Source of the DNA: the human T2T-CHM13v2.0 reference genome, Homo sapiens
Assembly (NCBI RefSeq): GCF_009914755.1
Contig: NC_060937.1
DNA length: 64,000 bases
Reading direction: 5' to 3' (one strand)
The translations under genes and the position numbers were made by a program. Below are positions 42,001 to 59,130 of this stretch, piece by piece. Within the stretch, counting starts at the first letter, position 1, and every line of letters starts with the position of its first letter. Under the pieces are notes generated by a model, which saw nothing but the letters and a program-made list of their open reading frames with translations, had not been told where the DNA came from and did not search any database.

Positions 42001-45000
42001 TTAGATTAGTTTTATGAAAGCCTCCTTTTCATACTTGTTAGGAAAACTTTGAACATGGATTGCACAGAATTACAATTTCAAATTTAAACTTTGTATAATG
42101 ACATTATATCCTGAAAGAATGTAAAAAGATTTAGAACTATTTACACCTATATTTAATAGCACTATGTGGGTTCTCTTAGTTATTGTTTGTTCATTTGCTT
42201 CCTTCTATCAACTCATTCTACTTTTTGGCTGAACAGGATTTGTGCAAACTCTGACCAATGCTTCTTCCATTTTGTTGCCCACAACAAAGCTAATGATTGG
42301 AAGAGGAAATCAAACAACCCAGTTTAATCACTGAGCTGACCTTTATCCTTTTATAAAAAAGTGTCTGTGTTGATGAGCATTAACAGCTTTCTCGTCAGCT
42401 AAATCTTCACTTTTCTTACCACCATGTGTCATTTAATTCCCTTCTGAAAGAGATTTTCAAAGAAGACCTAATCCACCATCTGAAAATTTCATTCGCTCCT
42501 TAAGTGATACTTGATCACCAGCTATACACTTCCCTTTATGCTAAAGAGGTACCAGTGTAGGTAGGGAAGCAAAACTTACGTATTTCCCAAAAGAAAAGCA
42601 ATGTAAAATAGCCAATAAATTAGAACAAAATCAATGAAAAAAAGAGTAGGCTACGTTCACACAAAATAAGTTTTGCAATTTTTTTTTTTTTAGGAAGAGG
42701 AAAGAGAATGTTGCCTTGTAAATAATAAAAAGGACCAAATTGTCCAATTGCCCTTAACACAAATGAAAGATTATAGGGAGAACCAAGTTTACTGATTTAA
42801 AGACAGAGGCAATAGTACAGACAGGCCAAGCATTCTTCCCCTAGCATAATTTGCCATTGTCAATGTAATTTTCCAAATATTATTTCTCTCCCAGATTAGG
42901 AAATGTTCTGGTATAGATTTTGTACGTGATATACAAGTAATGCATGCAGATCATTGTGTGAAGAGAGGAATGCATTCAGTTTTGGAGCATCTCTTTTTAA
43001 TATTCTATTACTATATAACATATGAGACATCTATCAGTGAGCCATGCCCCTTAAAAGCATAAACTCTGGGTTCCTTAACATCACAGAGAGACCACATGTA
43101 TCCTGACAAAAACATTTCCAAGTTAGGAATTTGCCATTATCTTTCTGCTCATAAATATTTTAAGTGCATTTACCAAGAGATTTTGCATAGAGAGATATTT
43201 GACTTGGCCATCTCTGTCACTGAAAAGAGAGATTATGGGTTACAGACCTATTGTTAACCTAGTATTTCCAACTGATATTATTGGAGTGTGATTCATGGAA
43301 GAAAGTAATTGAACTTATGTCACTTAAGGATGGTCAGTATGACAAAGCTTATAGTTCAGTTCCTACCTCAAAAATCTTGTGCCCTACTGTTTTTCTCATC
43401 AATTAAAAAGCCCAACAAAAAGTCCAAGGAAATAGCTATTTTTCCTTCTGATTCTTTTATCATACAATAGTATTTAATCTGGAAATAAATGGAAAGTGTA
43501 AAGACAAATAGCATGCAAAATAAGCAATGCCACAAACTCAGATTAAAACAGGCAACAATGATTTTGTAGTTTTGTTGGATCATTCTTCACCCTAATAGAA
43601 TACATTTACAAACAAAATCATACAAGGAACATATTTAAGGGTTTTATCTTGTATTTGGCCAAGAAAGACTCTCATTCCTGAAACTCAAAAGAGTTTCTAA
43701 TAAACTTGAGGTAATTTTTAGCATGCTATAAATGCACTGCAGCAGCAGCCTTGGTAAAAGGTAAGCTACCAAGACTTGAATGATATTTAACAATTTGTCA
43801 GCTATTTATAATTAAATCAATATCATTCTTTTTGGACGCACATCTTTGTCAATCAAATTCCTTGAGATGGCTGCCCTAATCTTCATCACTTCCTGATTGC
43901 TGACATCTGAAATATATAGGAATCATGAGTTAAAGGTCAAGCTATTTTGAAAATGTGTTAGGTCTATTAGCATTAAATCACTGATTATCTACTAGCATTA
44001 AAAACTCATCTAATTTTATCCATTTCATCTTCATGCCACTGTACTTCAATGATATAGTACTTTTCAACCAGTCAGTACTTGTCTAATTTTTTTTTTACCA
44101 GAAGCCACCAATAAATGTATGATTAATTTAAAAAATGCTGTTGAAATCCATCAACAATTGTAAGGTATTATGTCAATTCATAACTTGCAACCATCATCAA
44201 ATTACATAGATAAATATATATTTAAGTTATTTAATGAAGATATATGCATAAAGACTGTGTTTAGAGATTGATTTTTAAACATTATTTTAGAGCACATTTA
44301 CATCCATCCAAGTCTGCATATAAAAAACTTGTATTTAGCACAAATTGCCTAATGATTATTTTATTATCCTTTCTGTGTATATGCCTTGAATAATCACAGA
44401 TATATACATGTGTACAAACACACACACACACACACACAAAACACAAACACACATCCAGAGGCATAAAAATCTAAATTTTAAAAACATTTTAATTACATTT
44501 AGAATTTTTAGAATTTAGGGCAAAATATACAGAGAGCAAACAAATAATATAAAACTTTATTACCAAATGATTGGTATCCAACTTGGAATGTGCACATGCC
44601 AGAGATATGCTGGGGTATTTGAGAAAATTATTAGGATTTCAATTTATATTTGATTTCTCATACATTTTTAATTACTATCTTTTACAATTTTAACATGCAT
44701 AAAATGTTGATACAGTATAAAAATGCTTTGGGAAAGTAATTTTTAATGAAATATATGAATAATTAAAAATTGTGTAGATACATGGGTAAAGGACATAGTT
44801 CTCTGGTATTGAAACAAACCAGTCCTGTTAACATTTTTTTATCTACATGTATTCTAAAATATTATAGGAAAGGTTCCATATAAAACCTGCCTCATTGTCT
44901 GCTAATTCTTTTTATAACACTTTCTTTTAACTGTTTATCCAAGTAAAACAGTTTTTGTCAGGTAGGTGTGATTCATAGATGGAATGAAGAATATAATATT

Positions 45001-45697
45001 TGTTGAAATGTTTGCCTTACATATAAAGAAGCTTAAATGCCATGAAGCAAAATAATTAGGCTGTATATTTTTATTCTTTTAATTAAATTTTCCTGATTTA
45101 AATCTAATGTTATATTTGAAGAAATCTTGAGCTCTTACATGAGAAAATATATAAGATTTTCATATTTTAAGCTATATATACATATTTATGGAGGAAGAGA
45201 GACACAGAGGTAATCAGTTACTGCTTGTAACATTTATCAGAAAGGCACCAAAAAAAATCTCAACTTTTAATGGCCCTTGAGTTTTATATTATACTTGAGA
45301 GGACATGCTATTTGACAAACAGCATTTGATAAAAATGACAGTGACTATGTGAATCTAATAGTACCTTATCAGATTTATATTTATAATTATTATAATTTTT
45401 AAATTTAAAATTATGATATGGCAGTAAACAAATTACATATTCCTAAGTTTTTTTTTTTCTTGTTTATTTTTCTTTTCTTTTTCTTTTTTTTTATTATACT
45501 TTAAGTTTTAGGGTACATGTGCACATTGTGCAGGTTAGTTACATACGTATACATGTGCCATGCTGGTGCGCTGCACCCACTAACTCGTCATCTAGCATTA
45601 GGTATATCTCCCAATGCTATCCCTCCCCCCTCCCCCCACCCCACCACAGTCCCCAGAGTGTGATATTCCCCTTCCTGTGTCCATGTGATCTCATTGT

Positions 45698-49549
<3,852 letters not shown>

Positions 49550-49588
49550 TCATTAGTTGATGCAGTTTCTTCCTAGTATCGATGGTCT

Positions 49589-50605
49589 TTACATTTTGGC
49601 ATGATTTTGCAGCGGCTGGTACCGGTTGTTCCTTTCCATGTTTAGCGCTTCCTTCAGGAGCTCTTTCAGGGCAGGCCTGGTGGTGACAAAATCTCTCAGC
49701 ATTTGCTTGTCTGTAAAGTATTTTATTTCTCCTTCACTTATGAAGCTTAGTTTGGCTGGATATGAAATTCTGGGTTGAAAATTCTTTTCTTTAAGAATGT
49801 TGAATATTGGCCCCCACTCTCTTCTGGCTTGCAGTGTTTCTGCCGAGATATCCGCTGTTAGTCTGATGGGCTTCCCTTTGAGGGTAACCCGACCTTTCTC
49901 TCTGGCTGCCCTTAACATTTTTTCCTTCATTTCAACTTTGGTGAATCTGACAATTATGTGTCTTGGAGTTGCTCTTCTCGAGGAGTATCTTTGTGGCGTT
50001 CTCTGTGTTTCCTGAATCTGAACGTTGGCCTGCCTTGCTAGATTGGGGAAGTTCTCCTGGATAATATCCTGCAGAGTGTTTTCCAACTTGGTTCCATTCT
50101 CCGCATCACTTTCAGGTACACCAATCAGACGTAGATTTGGTCTTTTCACATAGTCCCATATTTCTTGGAGGCTTTGCTCATTTCTTTTTATTCTTTTTTC
50201 TCTAAACTTCCCTTCTCACTTCATTTCATTCATTTCATCTTCCATTGCTGATACCCTTTCTTCCAGTTGATCGCATCGGCTCCTGAGGCTTCTGCATTCT
50301 TCACGTAGTTCTCAAGCCTTGGTTTTCAGCTCCATCAGCTCCTTTAATCACTTCTCTGTATTGGTTATTCTAGTTATACATTCTTCTAAATTTTTTTCAA
50401 AGTTTTCAACTTCTTTGCCTTTGGTTTGAATGTCCTCCCGTAGCTCAGAGTAATTTGATCGTCTGAAACCTTCTTCTCTCAGCTCGTCAAAGTCATTCTC
50501 CATCCAGCTTTGTTCCGTTGCTGGTGAGGAACTGCGTTCCTTAGGAGGAGGAGAGGCGCTCTGCGTTTTAGAGTTTCCAGTTTTTCTGTTCTGTTTTTTC
50601 CCCAT
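49589..50605 (-). pseudogene. ORF1: L1 ORF1, colinear 338 codons with three nonsense codons (C86*, R98*, R130*)
   Basis: 1017-nt span in one frame; TGA codons read in the sequence, two of them CGA>TGA. Confidence 0.92.
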
Positions 50606-51505
50606 CTTTGTGGTTTTATCTACTTTTGGTCTTTGATGATGGTGATCTACAGATGGGTTTTTGGTGTGGATGTCCTTTCTGTTTGTTAGTTTTCCTTCTA
50701 ACAGACAGGACCCTCAGCTGCAGGTCTGTTGGAATACCCTGCCGTGTGAGGTGTCAGTGTGCCCCTGCTGGGGGGTGCCTCCCAGTTAGGCTGCTCGGAG
50801 GTCAGGGGTCAGGGACCCACTTGAGGAGGCAGTCTGCCTGTTCTCAGATCTCCAGCTGCGTGCTGGGAGAACCACTGCTCTCTTCAAAGCTGTCAGACAG
50901 GGACATTTAAGTCTGCAGAGGTTACTGCTGTCTTTTTGTTTGTCTGTGCCCTGCCCCCAGAGGTGGAGCCTACAGAGGCAGGCAGGCCTCCTTGAGCTGT
51001 GGTGGGCTCCACCCAGTTCGAGCTTCCCGGCTGCTTTGTTTACCTAAGCTAGCCTGGGCAATGGCGGGCGCCCCTCCCCCAGCCTCGCTGCCGCCTTGCA
51101 GTTTGATCTCAGACTGCTGTGCTAGCAATCAGCGAGATTCCGTGGGCGTAGGACCCTCCGAGCCAGGTGTGGGATATAGTCTCGTGGTGCGCCGTTTTTT
51201 AAGCCGGTCTGAAAAGCGCAATATTCGGGTGGGAGTGACCCGATTTTCCAGGTGCCTCCGTCACCCCTTTCTTTGACTCGGACAGGGAACTCCCTGACCC
51301 CTTGCGCTTCCCAGGTGAGGCAATGCCTCGCCCTGCTTCGGCTCGCGCACGTTGCGCACACCCACTGGCCTGCGCCCACAGTCTGGCACTCCCTAGTGGG
51401 ATGAACCCGGTACCTCAGATGGAAATGCAGAAATCACCCATCTTCTGCGTCGCTCACGCTGGGAGCTGTAGACTGGAGCTGTTCCTATTCGGCCATCTTG
51501 GCTCC
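50606..51505. promoter_or_regulatory. L1 5'UTR with sense and antisense promoters; YY1 site intact
   Basis: CpG-rich; GGCCATCTTG at 51491-51500 (CAAGATGGCC on the minus strand). Confidence 0.8.
51061..51276 (+). CDS. ORF0: L1 antisense ORF0, intact 71 aa
   Basis: MAGAPPPASLPPCSLISDCCASNQRDSVGVGPSEPGVGYSLVVRRFLSRSEKRNIRVGVTRFSRCLRHPFL with strong Kozak GCAATGG. Confidence 0.85.
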   Translation: MAGAPPPASLPPCSLISDCCASNQRDSVGVGPSEPGVGYSLVVRRFLSRSEKRNIRVGVTRFSRCLRHPFL

Positions 51506-51980
51506 GAAGCTCCCTAAGTTTTTATTATTGACAATTCTCTTTCTTATGAGAGCTGTGGAATTAGCTTGCTTATATTCTACTAGACTTCTTCAGCCATCAA
51601 CTCATAAGCCATCACACTTAAGTATTATGAGCTACGGGGCAGTGAGGGAAAATAATGCCAGGTCAGATATACTCCTCCTTTTCTTTTCCAAGCTAATAAT
51701 GTTGGTTACAACATATTGAGCACTTCCAAAAGTGGCAAATACCATTCTTTGTATATGACATTTACTTTATTCTTCATAACAGAATCATGAGGTGGTGTTT
51801 TCTCCAGTATACAGGTGAAAAAACTAAGACTTTGGAGGAGTCCCGTTATTTGCCGCAGTTCACACAGTTTTTAAATGGTTAAGGCAGAATTCAAGAGCAT
51901 AGCTACATCTGTCTAGGTTTCCAGCTACCACATTCTACTGAGTAGAACTTTGTCTTGAGCTACTAATTTTTAAAAAAATT

Positions 51981-52622
51981 AATTAATTTTTAAATTGACA
52001 AATAAAATTGTATATCATGCACAACACTGTTTATATATACATGTTTATATATAATTTATATATGTATATAATTATAGTCTATAATATATGTATATATTAC
52101 ACACATATTATATACATATATGTATATAATATAAATATATAATTACATAAACAAATTATATATGTATATATGTATATGTTTATATATACAATTAATTTTT
52201 AAATGGACAGATAAAATTGTATTTATCATGCACAACATCACATGTATATATACATTGTGTAATGACTAAATCTAGCTAATTAACATTTGCATTACCTCCC
52301 ATAGTTATCATTTTTGTGGTGGGAATACATTCACTTTCTTCCCATTTTTTAAGAATACAATATGTTGTTAGCTCTAGTCACCATGTTATAGAATAGATCT
52401 CTTGAATTTATTCCTCCTATTGGAAATTTTGTATCCTTTGATCATCATCCCCTTAACTCTGCTCTTCTTGAGCCCCAGTCTAATCACCTCAGCCCCTGGT
52501 AACCACCATTCTACTTTTTGCTGTTATGAGATTAACATTTTAGCTTCCACGTATGAGTGAGATCATGTGGTATTTGTCTTCCTATACCTGGCTTACTTCA
52601 CTTAACATAATGCCCTCTAGGG
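51981..52622 (-). mobile_element. L1MA 3'-end fragment with internal (TA)n tract and duplicated terminus
   Basis: CCCTGGTAACCACCATTCTAC and GTGAGATCATGTGGTATTTGTCTT L1MA 3'UTR motifs. Confidence 0.85.
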
Positions 52623-52970
52623 TTCTCATGCTAGTGAGAAAGTCAAACAAAATAGAAATCTCAAGAGCCAATCCAAGACATCTACTAGGTTTCCTTTTGC
52701 CTTGATGCCCACCTTTACCATTATTCCTCCTGCTTCATGGAGTGCCTTCCAAGAATATAGTATTAAAAACAATTATTAAGATGGAGAAAAACTGGTAACT
52801 ACAAATAACATAAGAAACTCAAACACCTCACTTATGCTACCAAAAATATCTGCTGCTCACAATTGGCATAATTGTGTCATTCCTGCGTCCTCAATTTAAA
52901 CCTGATGGTCTTTAATGTATCTTGTAGATAGAAAACAAGGTAAGGGGAGTTCTTTGACCATTTGCAATGC

Positions 52971-53450
52971 TGTGGGGGTCCATCCCACAGACCCTGACCC
53001 AACGACTGTTGAATAACGTACACTGACACAGATATTATGTTTGTCAGTCTGGTTGAGAGTCTGGGTCTCTTACAGACTCCCAGGAGAGTGCTGTAAAGAG
53101 TTGCAAACTCGGCCTGACTTGCTAGCCTTCCCTGCATTTATTCAGCACACATTAAATGACAAAAGTCTCAAGTGAACACTACCAGAAGGTAATTACCATT
53201 GCCAACCCCCTGAGGAGAGAGCAATCATACACCCATGGATGGTCAAAGGTTAGTCTTAGGACCACATGAATAAACAAACTATTTAGACTCTTCTACATTC
53301 CTTTGTTAATTACCCTTGTTATAGCTCAAAGAGGATTAGGCTGCCTTCCCCATAACTCTATCCTGAGGCTTTTGCAAAAACCTTCTGGCCTTCCAAGAAA
53401 GTTTGTATTTATTTTACAATTTTTCCCACCATCCTGACTGAACCCCTATA
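52971..53450 (-). mobile_element. LTR22-family (HERV-K HML-5) solo LTR
   Basis: Minus-strand start TATAGGGGTTCAGTCAGGATGGTGGGAAAAATT, end GGGTCAGGGTCTGTGGGATGGACCCCCACA, AATAAA signal; imperfect TSD CAATGC/CAATAG. Confidence 0.8.
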
Positions 53451-54831
53451 CAATAGTCCATTTAAAAATAAAGTCTCCTAAAGTCCAAGTCTGTGGAGAC
53501 TAGTCACCTGTGTAGTTCTTCCTCAGACTACCTAAAACATTGACAGTGTGTACCCATCTGTCATAGTCACTTGGAAATGTGTATCTAGGAAAGCCAGGAT
53601 CATGCTGTTAAAATATTTTGTATAAGCTTAAAACAATGGCACTTAATTGTATGCCAGAAAGGATTTCAAAGTTCATGTAATGATTATAGTAATGATGAAG
53701 TTGCCTGATTTTCTTATTGGCACTCTTTGTTCTAGTTGTTACATACAGAAGCCAACATTTGATAAATTTATGTTTAGAATGATACCTATGAACAATTTTC
53801 AATTAACAGCCTGGAAATTCCAGATTCTCACTTCTTGACATCAAGTGGAAGCAAATGTAATGGCAATATAGATTCCTAACTCTGCACTTTAACTCTAACT
53901 TGCAGGTAATACCTTGTTTAGTTTCTCTGTCCAATGGTCATTTGTCTCCTTGCTGTGACTGCCAAAAGACTTGCCAATTAGTGTCACTTGCAGAGGCAGT
54001 TTGGGAATGTGGGCACCCAACCAGCAAAAATAGTACCAACATCAGTAGAACATTTTAATGCAAATAAAAACAAAACAAATTTGTCATTAATAAATTTACC
54101 CTAAAACATAATCCTGTAATATTTCCTGGTCTCCAAAAAAAATTCAGACTATATCAGTTAATATCGTCAAAATGAGAGTAAGGTATGATTACATGATATC
54201 TTATAAGTATATTGTTGAATTTAAAATATAGGCATTGCATTTATTTTTACCGTTTCCCAAACTATCACATGCATCTTGATGACTAATGCTTGGAGAATAT
54301 CAATAACCAGAAGACAGCCTTCTGACTGTATTTTTTTATATCCTCTTTTCTATATATTCTGAACATTACACTGGGGAGATTCAAAATGAATACAAGAGAA
54401 AGAAACACTTTCACTCTTAATCTAAAGGGAGATAATGCTTTCCCAAGAGGTGTGTGGGTAATTTATAGTTAAACATTTTCCTTTGATCTCTATATTTGGA
54501 GTTAATTTGATTAAGTGCGCACCAAGAGGGAATCCAGAAAAAAAAAGAAGGGTTTTCTTTGGGCAGACAGCCAGGAACACAGTTTCAGAAACTTTTTTTT
54601 TTAATTGATTGAGCTGCTAGTGATACACATAATTGACTCAAAATTAGAAATGGGATCTGAAGGCACTGAGGATCTCAAATAGGGAGTATGGACCACGGAT
54701 AGGCTTGTGCATTTTTACGACTTATATATCCAGAAAACTCCCATTCAAAAAAAAATATTTAATGAAAAATTCTAATTTTCTGTGCACAAAAGAGAGGTGT
54801 ACAAAACATTGAGTCATGGGACTATGTCAGA

Positions 54832-55129
<298 letters not shown>

Positions 55130-55306
55130 CCAGAATTTCATGTATATATTCTTCTAAATACCTGAGATTATTTCAATGTCAGCATATTGATAAATATATT
55201 ATCTTGTAAGTTCGAAGCAGAAGGTTTATTGAAATTAAGAAAATCTTAAATGTAAAAACATCTCAAATTTTCCTGCTTTTTTCTGCTTGAGCTTCTCAGG
55301 TACACA

Positions 55307-56752
55307 TGAGGCAGGGTAGGTAGTCAGGAAAGTAACCATGTTCTCAGGACAAGGCAACCATGGAACCGTATAATTAACACAGTAAGCCTCAGCATCTGCA
55401 TGGTAGTCAAGCTCAATCAAGCAAAGCTATCTCCAGTAGGGAATTTCCTCTATAGGGAGAATGCACATTTTGATTTTACCTGTCCTCAGAATAACCTTTT
55501 GTTCATTATAATAGTAAACAAACAAACAAACAAAAAAAACACAAAAAACACCCCTGCGTGGAGATTTAAGATGCTAATGAGACATGCAACCTGTGAACAA
55601 ACATGTAAAGCTACTATGCATGTGCACCCAAAGGACCTCCCAGAACATGCTTACTAATAACACTTCTTCCCTTATGAATAATCATGTGAGACTCCCATAA
55701 AGGGAGTCTCTCTAGTGCCAGTCTTTACTGTTTCATCCTTATAAGCAGCCGACCCTGAATTCTCTCTCTCTCTCAGGATGTACTGTCTATTCTGCATTTA
55801 ACATTTGTAATGGGAAAGGTTCCCTTGTCCCCCTCGCAGGGCGTTTGATGGGAGTATGGCTCACTTCTTCAGTGCCCTGCTGCTCAAACCTCTAGGGGAG
55901 CATACATATGGGCAGGCTGTATGTATTGCCATGGGGGCTCCGATCCCATGGCAATGTCTAGGGGTGAATGTTTACAGCAGAAGCCCCAGTGGGCGTGTGT
56001 TATAGGTGCTCTCTTAGTTTGCCGTCTATAGGCGGCTTATGTTAAGCAGCTCAATTAGACCCTCTACCTTGTTGCAAGGACAGAGGGCTTTCTGTATCCT
56101 GGGTTCTTGACTTGGTGTACCAGAAGAATTGGATCACACGTGGGTTTGGAGAATGAGTGCAAGGTTTTATTGAGAGGAGGTAGCTCTCAGCAGATGGGGG
56201 GAGCCAGAAGGGAGATGATTTTCCCCTGGAGTTGGTAGAATGGGCAGCCTGGGCTCTCCTCTGACTGTCCCAGATTAACTCCGCCTCCTTCCACCAATCA
56301 GTGGCCTGCTTGCTTGCAAATGCCTGCTGATTTGCTGTTCTGCGATGTGATTCCCTGGACAACCTCTCAACATCCAGCCACATGTGTGTCTGCCTGCTAG
56401 AGTCCCTGGGGTTTTTATAGGCACAGGATCAGGGCATGGTGGGTCAGGGTGGTCTTGGGAAATGCAACATTTGGGCGCAAAGGCAGGAATGACTTTCCTC
56501 ACCTAGGTCGGTGGGGGTGGAGCCCTAGCCAGGGACCATGCCCTTCCTCTATCCAGCACTTTTCTTCCCTCCTTCCTTATCATTTAAAGAGACCACACTC
56601 TTCCCTTCCCAGCACTCCCGGATCACTTTCAAAATGTTCTTTCCCCTTTGCAATAAATTACTCTGTGCTGCATCTCCTTTGCTGTGTGTCTCTTGTTTAT
56701 ATTCTTTTAAACTAAGAAGACAAGAACCAAGGTCTTGCATCAGCCATGAACA
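55307..56752 (+). mobile_element. MER41-family (E-like) ERV1 LTR split by a nested LTR
   Basis: TGAGGCAGGGTAGGTAGTCAGG start, AAGATGCTAATGAGAC and GAATAATC motifs, AATAAA at ~56652, ends ...GAACA; flanked by TACACA on both sides. Confidence 0.75.
55806..56625 (-). mobile_element. LTR1-family ERV1 solo LTR nested in MER41
   Basis: Minus-strand start TGATCCGGGAGTGCTGGGAAGGGAAGAG, end GGAACCTTTCCCATTACA; TSD CATT/CTTT. Confidence 0.8.
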
Positions 56753-57544
56753 TACACACCTATTGACCATAGGTACTTGGTTTTACTTCAAGTATATTCT
56801 ATTTTCTGAACCACGTTTTTATATTACTCTCTATGTTGTCTTCCTACCAATTTCTAAGCAACTTCATTGAACACCTGACATATAATCATGTAGAGAAAAA
56901 ATACAGGATGCACATAGAATGTTCTAAATAGTACCAAACTTATAAAATGTGGGGAAAATTAAAAAGCTGGTGCTATATTTTAGGTTTACACCCTTAAAAG
57001 TGATTTAAAGAAACAAGCAAGAGCTAAGTCAGTTAAACAAATTTGCTAGCATGTGCTGATATGTATTGAAGCCTTAATGTCAGTTAAATATAATTTTGAT
57101 ATTTAATTTCTTTAGCCTTGGGAGATTGGGAATAAGGCTAAAAATAAAAATGCATGGTATTTACTTATGAGATAAGGTTTTGTAAAGCCATCTCAGTACT
57201 TCTAGGAAAATCAAGATTATTTCTCAAAATAAATCTGAGTCAGTATACTCTTGGGTCTGAGAGTACCAGAGACTTATTTACAATGTGTAAAAACAGTTAA
57301 GGAGACTTTAGAAGATTAAACATAAAGGAAGCCTTTGGAAAACTTGAACTAGGCTAGTTAAGGTTGCATCATCAAATAAGGGATGCCTATATGCCACACA
57401 TCCTTCCTGGAATAATACATCCAATCAATTATTTTATAAACAAAAGAGGAGTGTTGATATTGACAATTTTCTACCTGATTGTATTAATATGGTTGTGGGC
57501 AGAGCTGTTTGGTGTGCCAGAGGGACAGGCAAAGGCCTGCTTAC

Positions 57545-57664
57545 CCTCCATTTGAATAGTCCTGTGGATCAACTGTTTTCTTTCTAATGACTGCAGAGGG
57601 ACTCTGGCAAATTTGCTTGGTCTGGAAGTTGCTAGTTTGATGCTGTGATTCTTCAACTTGGGAC
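57545..57664 (-). other. Candidate 120-nt internal exon of a minus-strand transcript
   Basis: TTCTGTTGCTTTTTCAG acceptor and GAGG|GTAAGC donor; two frames open. Confidence 0.5.
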
Positions 57665-58479
57665 CTGAAAAAGCAACAGAATGAAATTTTATTTCTACCA
57701 TATTATGAATAGGCTATAAGGTAGCTATTTGTGCTTCATCTTGTAGATGAGCATCTGAGACAGAGTGTTTGAATATGTTGTTCAGGGACACCTAACAAAT
57801 GGCCAATCCAAGATTAGAACTGAGATGAGTATGATTTTAAAAACTGTGTTTTTTACTCTACTATAACATAATTAATAAGCCATTTAAAAAATAATACTAT
57901 TAGGCAAGATCTTCCATGTGCCAAGTACAATTCTAATCAATGAAGCTAATTTGGAGAGGAAAGCTCGTTTTCATGAAGCTTACATTTTTGTTTTTTACAA
58001 TGATTGATATCCAAAGTGTTAGTATTTTGTTACCATATTTTTGTCAGGTTCTCAAATATATTATTGCTCACACTGACCAGCCTGTTTTAAAGGATTATGT
58101 GGATAAATGACTAATCTTTTGAAAAGTTAGTTTCATAGACAGTGATAGTCATACCCAGCCACTCACATTTGTTCACAAAATTAAGAAAGGGTTTGTAAAT
58201 TCTTGGTGGAGAGAATACTAATCCCATGCTTGATCATCTCCTTTCATCAAGGTTTCGATGCAACTTATGGTGGAGTATATTTTGTCTTTCTACTTGAGAA
58301 GAATTTCATTAATAGACCACTGTTACTGATAGGAGATTGCCATATCCCTTGACACATTAGAAGAGAGAAAAGTTAGAGCACTGCTAAACACATTTGCAGC
58401 AAAACAAACTAAGTTTTGAGAATAAGATTCCTAATAATGTTTAATCAAGAAGCTCAGATAACATGACTTATATACCTAT

Positions 58480-59130
58480 ATAGCAAGATGTCTCATACAC
58501 TTTTAGTGGGAGTGTGTATCAGAACTAACTCTAATGCAATGTTACCAGTACCTACAAATATTTCAAGTACTGTACACTTTGAACTAGCAATTTTATTTCT
58601 AGGTATTTCTACTACAGATCTGCATACATACAAGTGAAATCACAAGTGTGCAGTTTTACTCTGGGTAGCAATGTTTGTTATTGAATTAAAACAATCTAGA
58701 AATCAAAAAACAAAACACTAATTACAGATATGCACACACATATATAAGATATATTATATACATATATTCTACCTATCAATAGAGCAGAATATTATACAGC
58801 CATAAAAATTAGGAAATATTTTTATGTGAGGAAAAATGTTCAAGGTATATAACTCAGTGAACAAAGAAAGGAAAAAAAAAGATAGTAGAAAAATGTTTGA
58901 AGCACTTTACTACTGAGCAAAAAAAGCAAAAATATTTTTATACATATTTGTTCATATATGAACTCTCAAAGATTCTCCAATAAACTAACAGCAATTATTA
59001 AATTTGGGAAAAGCAGGTAACAAGATAGTGAGGGCAAGAGAAAGAAAAAGAACTTTCACTCATTTACCTATTTAGTATTTCAGATATTTTAAATTACATA
59101 TCTGTACAATATGTAAAATCTAATAAAATC
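58480..59130 (+). mobile_element. Old L1ME 3' fragment
   Basis: CTCATACAC...GTGGGAGTG, CTAGCAATTTTATTTCTAGG and GAATATTATACAGCCATAAAAA motifs. Confidence 0.65.

Noticed and set aside
55307-55805. MER41 as an interferon/STAT1 enhancer
   Set aside because: I did not find tandem TTCNNNGAA sites; that property is described for MER41B, and this copy looks like another subfamily.
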